Part shown: one piece after another, positions 13,901 through 28,900 of the stretch | How the letters are laid out: every line of letters begins with the position of its first letter | Position numbering within the stretch: the stretch's first letter is position 1 | Source of the DNA: Tubiluchus corallicola | Taxonomy: Eukaryota > Animalia > Priapulida | DNA: 64,000 nt | Assembly: GCA_030141605.1 (NCBI GenBank) | Contig: JAQGDQ010000306.1 | Location: forward strand, 124,001-188,000 | Reading direction: 5' to 3' | Program-made: the position numbers and the translations under genes | Notes under the pieces: generated by a model | The model's database searches: none | What the model saw: only the letters and a program-made list of their open reading frames with translations | What the model was told of the DNA's origin: nothing

Positions 13901-16900
13901 GACACATTTTATATGACAAAAATGCTGTAAATCTTTTAATACTGGTTCAATGCATTGTTGTGCAGAATTGAAACTTTACAAAAATAAAAGCGTCAATCCC
14001 ATTTATATTATTTTATTCATATAGCGGGCAAAAACATTGGTAACAGAACCTTTTTAGATCCTTGAGATACCATCAGTGTTACATTAATTTAAATACAACA
14101 ACTAAAAGTGTTATACATTGTTTTTTTGGTAACGTAGTTGTTTGCATAAAACTGTAAATTATTGGTTAGGTCACTTAGTTATAATTTTAGGTGCAACAGT
14201 CTTTGAAGTAACAAAAAAGCGGCAAGGAGACAAGCGGAAGAAACAGCGTGCAAGTGATCCATCTGATGTAGAAGGTTACTTAGGTCCATGGGCTAAATAC
14301 AAGGATGAAAAAACTGTTATGAAACCAACAGAGGTGACGTGTTTTGTAACCGAAAGTTTAGAATAGGCGGGATGAATTTTTTTACATTCTTCAATACACT
14401 GCAAGCTGCAATACAGCATTCAACAGCAGGGCCTACCCAATGTGATATTTGTGGAATAGTTAGAGCCTGGCTCATTATCAAAGATATCCTATGTTGATCC
14501 AGTGATCCGGCAGAGATTCTCAACTATATTGAAATATAAATACATGCTCCGTTTATGAGGTAAACGCCCAGGATTGGCATGGTGAATGAAGCAGCCCAGA
14601 AAAGCTGACTGAAGATATCACATTCTGCTTGGTTTGCCACAAAGATTTTCAGTCATTTTTGAATAGTTTCACCTGACAATGAAGTAAGTTTATACAATGT
14701 GTTAAGTATTAGAATAGCTTAAGTTTATTGGGGGTAGAATTGCAGCAGCATTATTGAAATAACACATAATTTAATGAAATTTAAGCTAACATTGGTTACT
14801 ATTGTTATTGGAATTTCAAAATAGGAGGAGCAAATTGAACTTGATGAAATTACTGCAAAGCGACAAAAGAAGGGCAAAAAGTCAGAAGAAAAACCAATGG
14901 AGGAGAAATCTACTCTACACAGTAAATATTGCTGCCTCATTTGCTTATTATTTTTTTAATAGTTTTTCACTTAAAATGTAATCTGTCTATCCATATCCGC
15001 ACAGTAAATATTGGTGCTTCATTTACATATTGTTTATATTAGTAGTTTTTCACTAGTATGTAGTCCCTGAATCCATATCAGCTCTATAAATATTGTTACA
15101 CTAGAATTCGCATAATAAATCCATTGTTGATAAATCTCGCCACTTATTGTGGCCACTATGGCTGGAACGGAAATGTATAATGCTTTTACCTAGTAAAATC
15201 CGATTTTTTTAAAATCCAAACTTCGCCTTAAAAAGCCACCTTGCGTGCTGCGAAGCAGAAGAATTGTGATACAAGACCACACAACTGTCCCATTTTTTAG
15301 CTTAAGCTAGATCAGCGTATTTGCTCTAAGCATGTTTTATACCTTTACATTTTCTCCACTTAATTCTGTCTTTTAATGACAGACTAATTTATATGTTAGA
15401 ATGCACAAGTGTCAGTCAAACACTAGATGAGAGATTTAGTTAGTCAAATTAACATATCTAATTCTTGTGCACCATTGTGGACGATGACTCAAATAAATGA
15501 CCACTGAATCATCGCTGATATTAAAGTTACATGTACTGCATTTTTTGCAAACTTCGCAAATAATTTACCACATATAAAGGATAATTAAAAGTACACATCA
15601 TAAATAAACAATACATACTTTACCCCAGTTACTGCAATTGTACGAAGGCTAATAAATTATTGCACTTTGATTAAAAACTTTTTGTGGGCAGTTTTTCGAG
15701 TGATAAGAAAGGCTTCATAAATAAACAATATGCACTGTAATAAAATAGAAAATTCTAGTTTATTATAGGTATTCTCAATTTATAAATCCAGCTGCTTAAT
15801 AAATCCATTTAGTTCCTCACCATGGTGCATTTATTAATCAAATTTAGTGTACTTCATTTACTTCATCTTAGTTGCACTGATAGTAGATATTCATTTCTGC
15901 AGTTTTGTTGAACTGTAAAGCAATAATTGTGCTTGTCAGTATTTTACTATTCAAGACTCTACTAAAGTGTTACGATATTATTAACAACATTTGAAAAAAT
16001 GTTACGTGTTTAATAGTTATTCCTCGTGAAAACTTTTCAGTTGCAAATTCCATGGTGACATACCACTCAATATTTTTTGTTACTCCATTCTTTGTTTATC
16101 TACTATTTAAGCGACTCATATATGCAGGTTCATAAGAATGTATGCAGTGCGTCTTGCTGCCTTGAAGCAGTTTTTCAGAAAGAATCTTGATATTATATTT
16201 CAGCATTGCTGAGTATTGCATTTTTAATTGTTGGTAAACCTTTTCAGCCAAGGATGCAATCGATTATCAAGGCAGATCTTTTCTACACATACCTCAAGAT
16301 GTTGGTGTCAATCTCAGATCAGAGGCTCCACCAGAAAAATGCTACATTCCAAAGAAAAACATCCATGTTTGGACTGGTCACACCAAAGCTTTGTCGGCAA
16401 TTCGGTGGTTCCCAAAGTCTGGTCATTTATTATTGTCTTGTGGAATGGACGCAAAAATAAAGGTACGATTTGCTTATATGTTAGACATTAGAAGAAATCT
16501 GATTATAGAAGCAGACACGCATGATTACAATCTTAGTTTCACGTTGCAAGTGACTTTTTATTCATTTTTTCTTCCCACTAGAATCATTTGTCCAAAGTTT
16601 CAAAAGTGAAATGTATCAGAATTTTAATTCTTGGTTAACTGCTTAGGTCTAGATTCTGAATTTTTTTGTAATAAATAGCAAGCAATTTTAAGTATAATTG
16701 AGATCAGTGTAAGGATAGTAGACTTCATTAAATTTCCAGTGCATCCTAATATATTACATCTCTTCATCATGTATCAAAATAAAAACTACTAAAATTTTCA
16801 CACATAGTGCAAATAGTCATTATTTGTTGTTTATTTAACTGCTGAGTATGTTTTGTCGCCAAGCATTAGCACACAGTGAGTAGTCCAGGTACCCCTCATT

Positions 16901-19900
16901 GTGTTTTTTTGCGAAATAAAGTAAAACTGGAAGTCTGTTGGCTACTGTTTCTTAGATTTTAACTGAAAACTCTGGTGAGGTAAATTAAAGAGGTTCAACT
17001 GCAAAATGCCATAGATACAGCAGACTAGTTACAATTGATGTTCTTTCTTGTAAATGCTAATTAAGTAGATTCTAAGTTCTATGGTGTGAGGTTTTTAGCA
17101 AGACCTATTACGATGTTCATTATAATAATAGGCATTATTATTGAACAATTTATTTTCATTAAAAATATTTTACACCATTTAATTTAAATTTATTTATTGA
17201 AATAGCCATAAATATATAGGTGGTACTATAAGAGCTACAGATATTTTATTAACTGCTTTGTTTGCTCCAGAAGACTACTTTTATAAGTTAATATGTAAAC
17301 TTAATTGGTAATTTGAAAATGGGAATTTATAGAGAGAATTGATATGCAAATAATGAAATATAATAAAATAAAGAAAGGTGAAATATACATACATATAATC
17401 TATGACAAAGTTATCTTGTGCGAGCTGCGACAGATAAACATGTTACACGTGGATCTTATACTAGAATAAGCTTAGTAAAAAATACAGCTGATGGGTTTAT
17501 CATGCAGTAAAGTTATCGAATGTTGAGTATTGATTGACAGTTGATTGCATATTTAGATAATTTGAAAGCCATTCTCATGTCATTCATATCATAGTGTTCT
17601 ATAGAAATAGTTTGTCATGGGTTAGCAAATGCTTGCAGGCAGAATCTTCTTCTTTCTTAGCAGCATATATGATTTTCGCTGGTAAATATTATCTAGCTTG
17701 CTGGCTGTTACTGCTGTACTTGCTCTGGTCATATAGTATAGACCAGGCTGATCAGCTGTGTAAATAAAACTGCAAAAAAACAAGCTGAGTCTATATATCT
17801 TTAGTTGTATTGCTTATTATCAGGTGATTCATTTAGCAAATTAGCTCACATTTTCATCAGCCAAATTGCCTTCCTGAACCAGCTGCCTTTGTCTAAACTT
17901 GTATAAAGCAATTTATGGCTGCAAAACTTGGTAAAGTCTTCATGACCTATCCTGCCCTCCTGTGCAATTTAATACTTAGGAAAATAATTTTTAGGTAGCT
18001 TTTACATAATCTTTAAAGCACATTCTGATGAAAAATAAAAGCTCAATTCTTGCTTATGATGCTAGAAAGAGTTCAAAAGTCAACAAAAGGAAAACAGTCA
18101 ATGTAAATGCAACAAATAGCAGAAATTGAATTTTGTGTCATCAGCAGCATATGCTACTGCCTTGTAAATTGGTAGACAAAATGGTCATTTAAAGGAAAAC
18201 TGGACCCAATCTTAAACTGTAGGTCAAAACAATCTACTCTTTAAAATATTCAAAGGGAATACACTGTTTTTTTAAAATGACTTGCGTGAAAGAATTATTA
18301 CCACACAAACACAATTTCACATTCACATCACTAATTTTTTTGCTGTTACGTGCGTGCATTTTACCATTGCGTTGCACAAGAACAGGTGTTGTATTTCTCA
18401 ATTCAGAGGTGTTCGTTTGTGATGCAGTACATGCGTGTGTGCACAATAGTAAATTTGAAATCTGAATTTCTATCTTTAAACTTGCTGAATTTTAGTACAA
18501 TACACTGAATTTCTTACAGTAGCACTGTACTTCAAGCTGCGCTGTACTACTAGCTTGCTTTAGGGAACACATGCAACACGCTCATGGAATGTTTGGGCTG
18601 CTGAAAATTATGTTCATTTATGAAATCATTATAATTGGGCTCGCTCGCCATTAATTAAGATTTTAATCTATTGTTTAAATATCAGAAATGCTTTCGCATT
18701 TTTATTGATGTTGATATGTATACTTTTCACCATACTTGAAAATAGGGTAGGATATACAATATCATCCTGTCGTCCATTAGTCAGTAGAAATTTACATTTT
18801 GCCTGCAGATTCTGAACTTCACTGCCTACTGGGTTTTTAGCAGCCTGTTTTACCATTGGGCATGTATTAGCAAATTAAATATACATGAAGTGCTGAATGA
18901 ACTTCTGTTATTATGGTTGATATTCTGATATGTTTACAGACTTGCGATAACTAACGTTTATAATGATTTTAATTAAAGTGAATCTGTATGAATCATCCGA
19001 AGGTGTGTTCTCCAAATGGAAACAGGTATATTAATAGAGATTCTTCTTCTTCTTCCCAGCTTTTCCCTATTCGGGGTCACCGTTGTGAATGAGTCTTCTC
19101 CACGCATTCCTGTTGTTGACCTTCTCTTCATTTATGTCTTCAATTCCCACAAGATCTTCACCAACTCTTCTTTTTAGGTGTCCATACCATCGCAATCTTG
19201 CGAGGCTTCCACTACTTTTACTGTTCCTCTGATATTATTATTTCTAATTTTATTTCTTCTTGTTATTCCCACCATTCATCTCAACATCCTCATCTCCACC
19301 TCACCCATTTTCTTCTCTTCGGTCTTCTTTAGAGAAGCCGCTTCCAGCCCATAGATTAAAGGGGGTCTGACCACTTCTTTGTGGACTTTCCCTGCTGTGT
19401 TTACATCATTAATATGCCATTGGGAGGTGAGGACATATAACTTTAAGATACATATTGTGTGTTAAAGAGCTTTGCAGTTTGCTAGTCAAGAAGTTCAACT
19501 GTGAGTCTAATAACATTTCATTAAGTAATGGAAACTTAATGTAAATGTTGGTGTTTATTTCCATAGTCTCAAAGTGCATGTGTACAGTCACGCAACCGTC
19601 TAAGTGCATTTCACCATGTTTACATGTAAAGTTCACTAAAAAGCTAAAAAGTATTTTCAAGTATTTAATGAACTCTCATCGCATTTTAGTGAAATGTTAC
19701 ATCCTTTTGTGAGTGATCATCAACATCAGTTTGTATTCGGTTTGTTTGTCTAGCAAATAAACAACAAAAAGAGCAGTTATGCTTAAAACACAGTTTAGTA
19801 GTTCAAAAACTAAATGTGTTCCATCGTGTTCCTCGGCTATTGAAATCTGCCTCAGCCATTTATAGACTTGCAAAAATTTTGTCAACGGACACATTTAGCT

Positions 19901-22900
19901 TTTTTTCTGGAAAATATGGTACAAGGTTAAAACAGGTCTTCCAGGCCGGCATTCGTGTTTACTTCTCTACAAAAATCGTGTTTTCACTAATACTGTAACC
20001 TCATTCTGAATAAAAGGCATTTCTATGGTCAACTTGCATTGTTTGTCTCGTATATAGTTCATTCAGGATCTGCTGTGCTGTGTTTGTATTTATTTTTTTC
20101 TGTTTTATGTATATAATGAAATAGCTGCTTAAAAAGCAATGCAGAATGATTTATTTTAACACTAAAACTTCTATGAAATTATGAAAAACATGCTAGCTTT
20201 TCTTGGTAAAAGATTGGAAAAGAATTTTTTAACATTGTTTTTGTAAATAGAAATTTTAAATAGCATTACAACTATTGAGTTTGAACTATAGCACATCCGA
20301 ATATAATAATCATAAAAGAATGAGCAGTTCCCAATAGATTAATTATTCATATTCAAGCTTCAGTTACACATACACACAGACGCTCACTATATGTACTTTA
20401 TCAGCCTAATGGGAAAACTCATAAACTGAGTAATTAAACTGAATAATATAAATGGCATTGTTATACATGGTTTGTTGATCCCAGTGCATTGTGCTAAAGC
20501 ATACTCTTGCCCTGACACTAGTTAATATGTCAGAACATTCTACATCTTTACATAATTACAAATTACTGTGCCTGTAAAATACACAATCACTCATAGTTAA
20601 CAGCTTAGGAGTTACAGAATTATGTAGAATTATGCATTACAAATTTTACTAATGCACATCATACTGTTGCACTTCAGTTTCTTGCCTACATTTGTATACA
20701 GCAATGCCGTTAATCTGTTCATAACTTATACATTTTCACAGAAATGCCTTCCAAACTAAGCAATGACCTTATTGTAAATTCTGATTACATTTGCAGAACA
20801 TTTAACACTAATTTTAGTGCAGGTAAAATAATATTGCACTTTTCTTCTATACATCTGTACAACTTGCCGTAATTTGTAAAGAGAGGAATCAATGCTTAAG
20901 CATTGATAAGTTAATGACATAAAAGCATAACAAATTTATTGAAATATCCAATTGCCAAAGTTTTTTTTTGTGAGTAACCATATTATTAAGATTCTCCATC
21001 TTGAAATTTTTATATAGTAGAAATGGTAGTAATGTTCTCCTAGCTGTCACCTCAGAATTTAATAAATGTTTAATAACTTTATTCTTGTCATTGATGAACA
21101 GCTCCAAAACAAAAGATATTCTTCCGAAACTAAACTCAAATATGCAACATGTTTTGTCACACATCATTACATAATTATTACTGTCAAATATGACTTTATT
21201 TTTTGACAAAACATCTACAACAGAACAATATAAAATTCAACTTGACTTGGATATGGTGATGCAGCCTTTAAAAGTATAATGCACTGCCTTTTAAACCGTC
21301 ATCTGGTTGTTGATTTGCTGTTAGCCATTAACAAAATAGACTTCATGAATAGATGGATACAGTATACACATTACAGTGACATATCGCTAGGCACACCACC
21401 CAGTTATGAGGGAATGAAATGACATTCAATGATCCTCAATTGAATTCTGTTCACATACCTTTCTTTAATATTATTATTAATATTGTTTAGTTTGAACCTC
21501 ACAGTGATGATTCACAAATGAGTAGATATGCCTGGTTCATACCTCATTTGGTTCTGCATCATGGCGCAGTTCTCATAACTTGAGATATCTTCTTCCCTGT
21601 CTCTTGGTTCCAGCTTTAACCTGGATTCATTTTGATCTTGTTTAAACAATTTCCAATTTCTGTTATTGGCTGACGACCTTTGCATTTCTTTCTTTATGCT
21701 TGTACGAAGCTCATATGACACGTGTGTTGCTGCTGTGTCTGCACTTGGTCTTGAATTAGATAAGGAGTGCTTGCCTTTTTTCACGGTTTGCAGTAACATA
21801 CACTTTATGGGACTCGCCATGGTGTTTCTTACAGCCTTTCTGAATGTGGAATTGCTGACACTATATGCGTAAAAATTTATGGCATAATTAACTGCTTCTA
21901 ACAAATTTGCTGCATGAACAGATATTTCGTATTTTGTGTTATTGTGAAAAAGTCCATAATGCTTCAGATGCTGTGATATTTTTGTCGTACAAATGGGAAT
22001 TGTTAGCAGCAGAAAAATGACAGAGATGCTCCCAAGAAGTATTGTCAGATGTCGTTCTTCTCTTATGCGCTTTGCTGATTCGGAAGAAGTCTCTTGTGTT
22101 TGAGTTAATGAATGCCTTTTCATGGCACTTTTCTTATATGCGATGACTATCAGAGGATTCAGAATCAGCAGGCTTCCTATAGGGACTAGGTGAACAACAA
22201 ACTCATAAAACCATGGCCAAACCAGTGAATACCATACCATGGTGGTAATTCGCTTATTGGAGACTGCATCCCAGTATGTCACATTGTGTCTCCGGTCCAA
22301 AAACTGGGTTATTCTGCGTGAGATAAATTCTGGTATTTGTAAAAGGAATGCCACCAGAACAATGACAATAACTGTAATTCTTGCCTTCACATGACTCCTC
22401 ATTGACAAAGCCTTCAAAGGATGGCATATGGAAATATACCTGTCAACTGTCACAGCTGCAATTAATAAGTTGCTCATTGCAATAAATCCGTTCATGAATG
22501 AATAATGAAAAAAAGCATTATAAACTGCCAAAATTTTAGTCCGTTCCCAGATCTTTATTAGAAATTGTGTTGCTAAATAGATGCTGTACTGCACTATAAT
22601 CATAAAGTCTGCGACTGCCATACCTCTTAAATACGTATAAGACACTGATGCCAACTCCTTCCTTCTTCCCCACAGTGTCACCAAGTTGATGGTGTTTCCA
22701 ATGAAGCCAAGTACAAGGATTGTGGGCATGGCAATCTTGTAGATCCGATGTATTGCCACCCCTAACCTGACATAGTCCAAGGTAACCTTCATTACAACTT
22801 TAGGGCTGCTTGTTCCATTATCATTGAAATCTATTACTGAATCATTGAATGCATCAGAGATATTGGTTAACATGATTGAATTTGAAAACATTTTGTCGAA

Positions 22901-25900
22901 TGTATTATTTTCTATGCTTTCTATGGTACTCATCTTTCACTTCAATAACATCAGTTTTTCACCAGATTAATAGCAGCTTGATATTAGGAATAGAAAGCTT
23001 TGCAGTGATACTTCTTGAGCGCTTGGCAACTAAGTGACGTGCGAATGCTGCGCCTGCTAGCACCTGTAACGTATTTTTAGTCTTTAGCACTTAGCGAACA
23101 ACACCTGCATGTCTACATCTCTGGGATGCTTGGCTTCTTTTAGTTTACCAATCGCATTTGTAAGTAATAAACTATTCGTTTATTTCTCTTTGTGGTCCGC
23201 AACAATACATTTTAGCGTTCACTTTCAACAGTAAGAGTTAGACAGCACCACATGGCTAAAAATAGGCTATGACACGAATGTTGTTGTATTCCTAAAATGT
23301 GCCTGTGGTCATACAGCTAAAATGATCTTTAGTTATAGCACACACACTTATACACTAAAGCGTGCTATTAGCAAGTAGGACCATTAACGTTGAATAGAAT
23401 TATTAACGAAAGTTGACTATTATCTCTTATATGATTTAAGAGTTTAATACCAACAATACCGCAATGCTCTGAAATGTACCACAGAGATAATGCATGCGAT
23501 GCGTTTGCTTGCAGAATGATAATTGACCCGTAGAAGCGATTGAAGTCTCCCCACGCAGGTATCCCGCTTATTTTAATGCAGCTCCATTTCGCGCGTTAAG
23601 CTGCAGCTCTTCCATTATTTTATGTCTAATTGATTCTGGTAATGCATTCGTGTTCACATGTGGGCAGAGCAGTACTTCGAACCGGAATTTCCAGAATGTG
23701 CAGAATATTGCGTATTTCGGCATCTTCCCGATAGAGGATAGAGGAATATATCTCTAGTATGTTATCGCTCAGGAAACGTAATGCACAACTGACTAAAAAA
23801 GTCGAAATCTTTTCCACGAAAATTTTTTCACGTTACCTTGCAAGCGCTTTTATCCCACTGATAAAGTTTCAGATATTACGTTGACATGTTGCTAGTCAAT
23901 CCATGTTGAAGCGAAATTGCGCTAGCCACAAAAGTTTTTTTCGTTCTGCAATAGTATCATACTTGCGGGCAACAAGAGGCCGTCTAAATAAAAGCACACG
24001 CGGTGCTCAGATGCTTCAAACTGAAATCTAAATCTTTCTCATGTTACTTGACTTCTAACCCGAGTAGTCGTATACTCTTGAGACTTATCGTATAATCATA
24101 CTTGTGCGAGTTTAATGCTGTGCATTGTAAATTATTGTACATAAAGCACTGTTTCTTGGGGGGGGGGTAGGAGTTTCAAGCCCATCTGGGGACAAGGTAA
24201 TCTGTTGATTTTAAGGTCAAAGTGCATTTTAATATTTTACATTAATTTCTGGAATTGCCGCTTGTTTGTTTTTATTGGCGTGTTGCGTTCACGGAACTGC
24301 CTAATGAATGTGCCCCCATTGGTGTTACGTGCGATGTACTAATTACGGCAGTCCTAAGCTTTTTAACTGTTGATAATTGTTTTCTAGTTAAACGCTTAAA
24401 TCGCGTACAGGCAAAGTGTGAAACCGGCCATTCTGTAGGGTGCCTAGGCATTTTATGGAGTGTCGAAACGAACTGTGTAGTGTCTAAATTTCTAAAATAA
24501 TTTCTTCTGCATTTTTCCTAACCATTATATAAAATGCAAAATTTGTTTAGGCGAAGTGTGTAATTGTGTCTAAATGTGTGTAAACATTGGTCAATTGTTT
24601 TGATATAAATTTCTTCGGCATTTTATATAATGCTAATTATATTTTAGGGAATGGATAAAATAAGCGACGTTTCACAACGTGCATTGATATTTGTTTGGTA
24701 AATACATTCGTTTGTTCTTTCGTGGAGATAACATTGATGCCTGAAATACGCGGTGGCACAAACGTCATTCGAGAAGAAGTTGGGCTTATCGAATCTTGAT
24801 CTTGCCCTTTGCCGTTTTTCTCTCTCCTTTCGGTTTCAAAATGCTGGGTTCCGCTCTGGATGACCGATGCTAATTAAAATGCTGCTAGGCTTTATTAATG
24901 TTTTGACAATTATTCCTTTTGTTTGAGAGTGTATTTCAATTGGTCTTTGTGGCGACAAAGAGGGCATTCTCGTGTTTTTTACCATGAATTGTGAGTTCGT
25001 TGAAAAGAATTTGATGAGGATGCTCTCCGGCACTCCGATGACATGTCCTTTTTGATGAAGACAGTCATTGATTTAGTTATTGCAGACTGTTTCGAAAACG
25101 GCAATGCTGGTGATGTACTAGATTCATTTCATGTTTATAAAGGAGTGAAGCCTTTACTCATGGGAGCTTTTACGGTTTTACCGAGGTCTTTGATGTCACG
25201 ATACTAGAGGTCAAGTTTCGCAACCCTAAAGTAAGACTGAGATGAGGACGGTTTGATAGACACGGAGTTTAATTTTTGTTCTTGAAGACTTGTTTCGGAA
25301 GTTTTTAAACATCACATGAGCTGCCCCAATTCGAGGCTCCATACTTTATTCGGAAGCAAACTTAGGTATAAAAAGTGGTCCACTTAAAATTGGTCAAGCG
25401 GCTTGTTAGAGATAGTGATGTTCCACCCATTGCCAATAAAACAATTAACTTTTTCGCCGACTTACTTGAACTACTTACTTAAGTTAATACATTGACTAAA
25501 TCGTTTTATGCATTTTATGCGATGCCTAAGTGATATATAATACATATTTATATTTATTTCGAATTATTGTAAGTACAATACATTCATTCGGTTAGCTGCG
25601 TAAATAAATAAATAAATAAAACAATGTCGGTTAGTAGTTAAAAAAACGTACCTTTACACAAATAAAATGTGCCATTCACTAATTTACATATACGATATTG
25701 AGTTTGATTTTACAAAACAGAATCACAAATTATTCGCGACATAAATATTGTAGAATGTCATTAATTTGCAGATTGTCTAAAAGGGAAAGTCGCTTCTGGA
25801 TAAGTTATTTAAAACATCTTTAACAAAGAAAAGAGTGAGGCTTTGAGCCCGTCTAAGCTCTCTACCTTTCATACATATCTATCTTTTAATTTTTAAATAA

Positions 25901-28900
25901 TCACATTTGTCGTAGTTACCATTGTATTTACATTTAATAAATTGCGGACTGTAACCCAATGTTGACTACACCACAATATGCTACATTTTCGCAAAAAAGT
26001 TCACAAGCGTATTACTGCTAAAATACGTGACATAAATAATTTTACAAATCTGGGTAAATTGGTAGATTTCAAACTGGGTACTCGGACGAATCACACCCGA
26101 TAAATGAGGTAACAAAAACCTGGTTTGGTATGGTAAATGCCAAATTTTACGTGCGCTTGTGTTCCAGGAGGTGTCAAGGTTGTTGATGTTAATGTTATCA
26201 AGCTTCCGTATTTGCCTGCCATAAAAACTGTGACAGTACAATTGAAATATTTTAGTCTCAATGCATTTATTAAGAAGCGAGAAGTCACGTATAACACTGT
26301 TTGCACGACAAATGAAATCTCCAAGTTTAAATAGAATTTCAGCGCTATTTGACAAATTTGATGTCAGAGTCGTACCAAGGTGCAGCACTGTGTCGCAAAA
26401 AGACATCAGCGTGTTATTGAGTTTTACTAGGAAAAGTTAAGATCATACACGAAGTATGTTCATTTTTCACTTTTCCAAAGTCGTTTTACGCTTTCTATGT
26501 ATAGCAGAACTATTATACAAAACGCTTACGTAAAGTGTGGCAGCGAAAACATTTGTGCCTAGGGGTTTTATAATATTGCCTGTAACATGTATTTATATTG
26601 TTACGGTGCCAAATATGAAATCTAAATTAAAAGTTTTTTGGTGTCTTTTGATGAGAGCTTGACCCAAATCACTACTCCTCTAGACTTGTTGTTGTTTTTG
26701 TTGTTGTTGTTGCTGCTGTTGTTGGGGCTTCACCCCTTTTGAAAAAAGCTTAAGGCTCTGCAATGGGTTATCAGGAAATTTTACACGAATGTACTAGAAC
26801 GAGATCTGCATCGGCTGCTGGAGTCAGATTTTTCGCCCGCCATTTTAATCAAGATAGTCGGCGATAACATTCAAAAAAAGTCTAAAGCTTTGTCAGTTCG
26901 CAATGGATTGTCATGAAAAGAGCAAGCAAATATACTAAAACAAATTCTACATCAATGGAAGGAGTAGTCGGATTTTCAATCAACCATTTCATATTCAAGA
27001 TGGCGGCGACGACACCATTTTCAAATAAAACTGATGCTTTGCCAATTCGCAATGGATCATCATGAAATTCATATTAATATACTAGGCTAAATTTTGCCTC
27101 AATTAACGAAGTCGGATTTTTAATCCGTCATCTTGAATTCTAGATAGCAGCAATAACATCAATCTAGAGAAGAACCTAAGAATTCCACCCGTTGGAAGAA
27201 GTCACGAAACCCACAGGAATATACATAACAATGAATTGTGTAGCGATTGACAGAGTCTGATCTTCGATTTGCCATCTTAAATTCAAGATGGTAGCATTGA
27301 CGCTCCGGGAGTCGAATTTGTTTATTACCAACACGTGGAAATGTGGCTTCTATCTTCTTGGCATTTAAAAACTTTTGTACTTTAAACGGCGAAAAACCCA
27401 ATCTTCAAGATCGCAGTAAATTGAAAATCCTTGCATTTGAGTTGAAGACGTAATTCGTGTAAACTGTACTCTCATTCGCAGTTGGATTCGTGGTCTGAAC
27501 TTCGAATATCAAAATTCGTGTCAATTATTAATCGTATGTACTATCTAAACCTTTCGTTTTATTAGGTCTAAATGTTATGAGATAAAAGATCCTAATATCG
27601 TTGTTGGTATCGCTTCTATCTTATATTTTGTCCTTTGCGATTGGATAACCCGTGAATTTTTATTCCGCATTTATTTTAGGATCTGCGACACTCGCTAAAA
27701 TTTCCGTCAACTTAAACTTTGGAAAAGTTATCTTGCTGAGCCCAACGAATTAATGAAAATTGCATTTTTAATTGAAGTCTTACAAATTGAGTTTCCTTCC
27801 ATGAGTTCAAATGTAATAATTCCTCAGTGAAGTGTCATCAGGTTGGCTTCCTATAGATTTCATTATTTCATTACTCGCTTCACATTATCAATCCATTTCG
27901 GTCATCAGACCCCTAGTGTTATTCTCCTAATTTCTACATGAAAGTAAACAATTAGTTTCCCGTGACATTTACACTTACGTGCTCAGCCGCAACAGCTAAT
28001 TAATTAGCAGGGTTGTTGACAAATTATTAAAACAGTTTAATTTCAACGGAAGATGAGTCATACTTTGTCATATTTGCGTACAATCGTTTTATAACACGAG
28101 ATTTGAATGATTGGATGCTTGACATTAAATTTAGTTTGCGCAGTTAATCCTAATGTTGACGCAAGCATTACATTTTGTTTGTAAAAGTGACGCAGCGACT
28201 TTAACAAAACAAAAGTGTTAATGAGTCCTTTTAGCACGATTCGTTTTTATAGGTTTATCTTACATCATACTCAGGCTGTATGGACTTGTAATATATACAG
28301 TCGCGTTATTTAATATTTATCTAAATTTTTGTCCACGAAGGAGTGTCGCAAACATTTTTGCTGGAATTCATATTAATCAATTAGAATGAAATTTGAATGT
28401 AATTTTAATGTATGTATCATTTATGTATATAGTTTTTCTTTTTATTAGCTACCGGCTTGATCTTTCTTAATTTTTATAAATGGTAATTTTTACCTGTCTT
28501 GCTAATTTTATTTCACCCTTTTCTATCTGTTTGTGCTTTATGTCTGAAGACTATATATGTCTAAGAGAAGAAATAAAAGAAATAAATAATACTTGTATTT
28601 GAGTGGCACAAGGTCTAGAAAATATTCATTTCTTACTTTCGGAGACTATGCTATTCCATGCTATCCTACACTTCAAGTTTCAAAGGGAACTTTCGCATTT
28701 ATGCTGTACTCCTCTACCTGCCCTTGGCAGGTTAGATTTACCGTACAACGTACAGTATAAGGCATATTAGAACACTTTGTGATTAATGACCCATTCGCTG
28801 CAGTCGCCGCAATTTATCGGACGAGTTCATAGTATGTCCTATCACTTGAGATTATTCGTGTCATTACGAATAATTCCTCCGACAATCACAGGTGGTTTTT

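Noticed and set aside
14340-15560. Possible intronic snoRNAs in CDC40 introns 5-6
   Set aside because: No complete C/D box pair with terminal stem or H/ACA layout could be identified by eye; needs an Infernal/Rfam scan.
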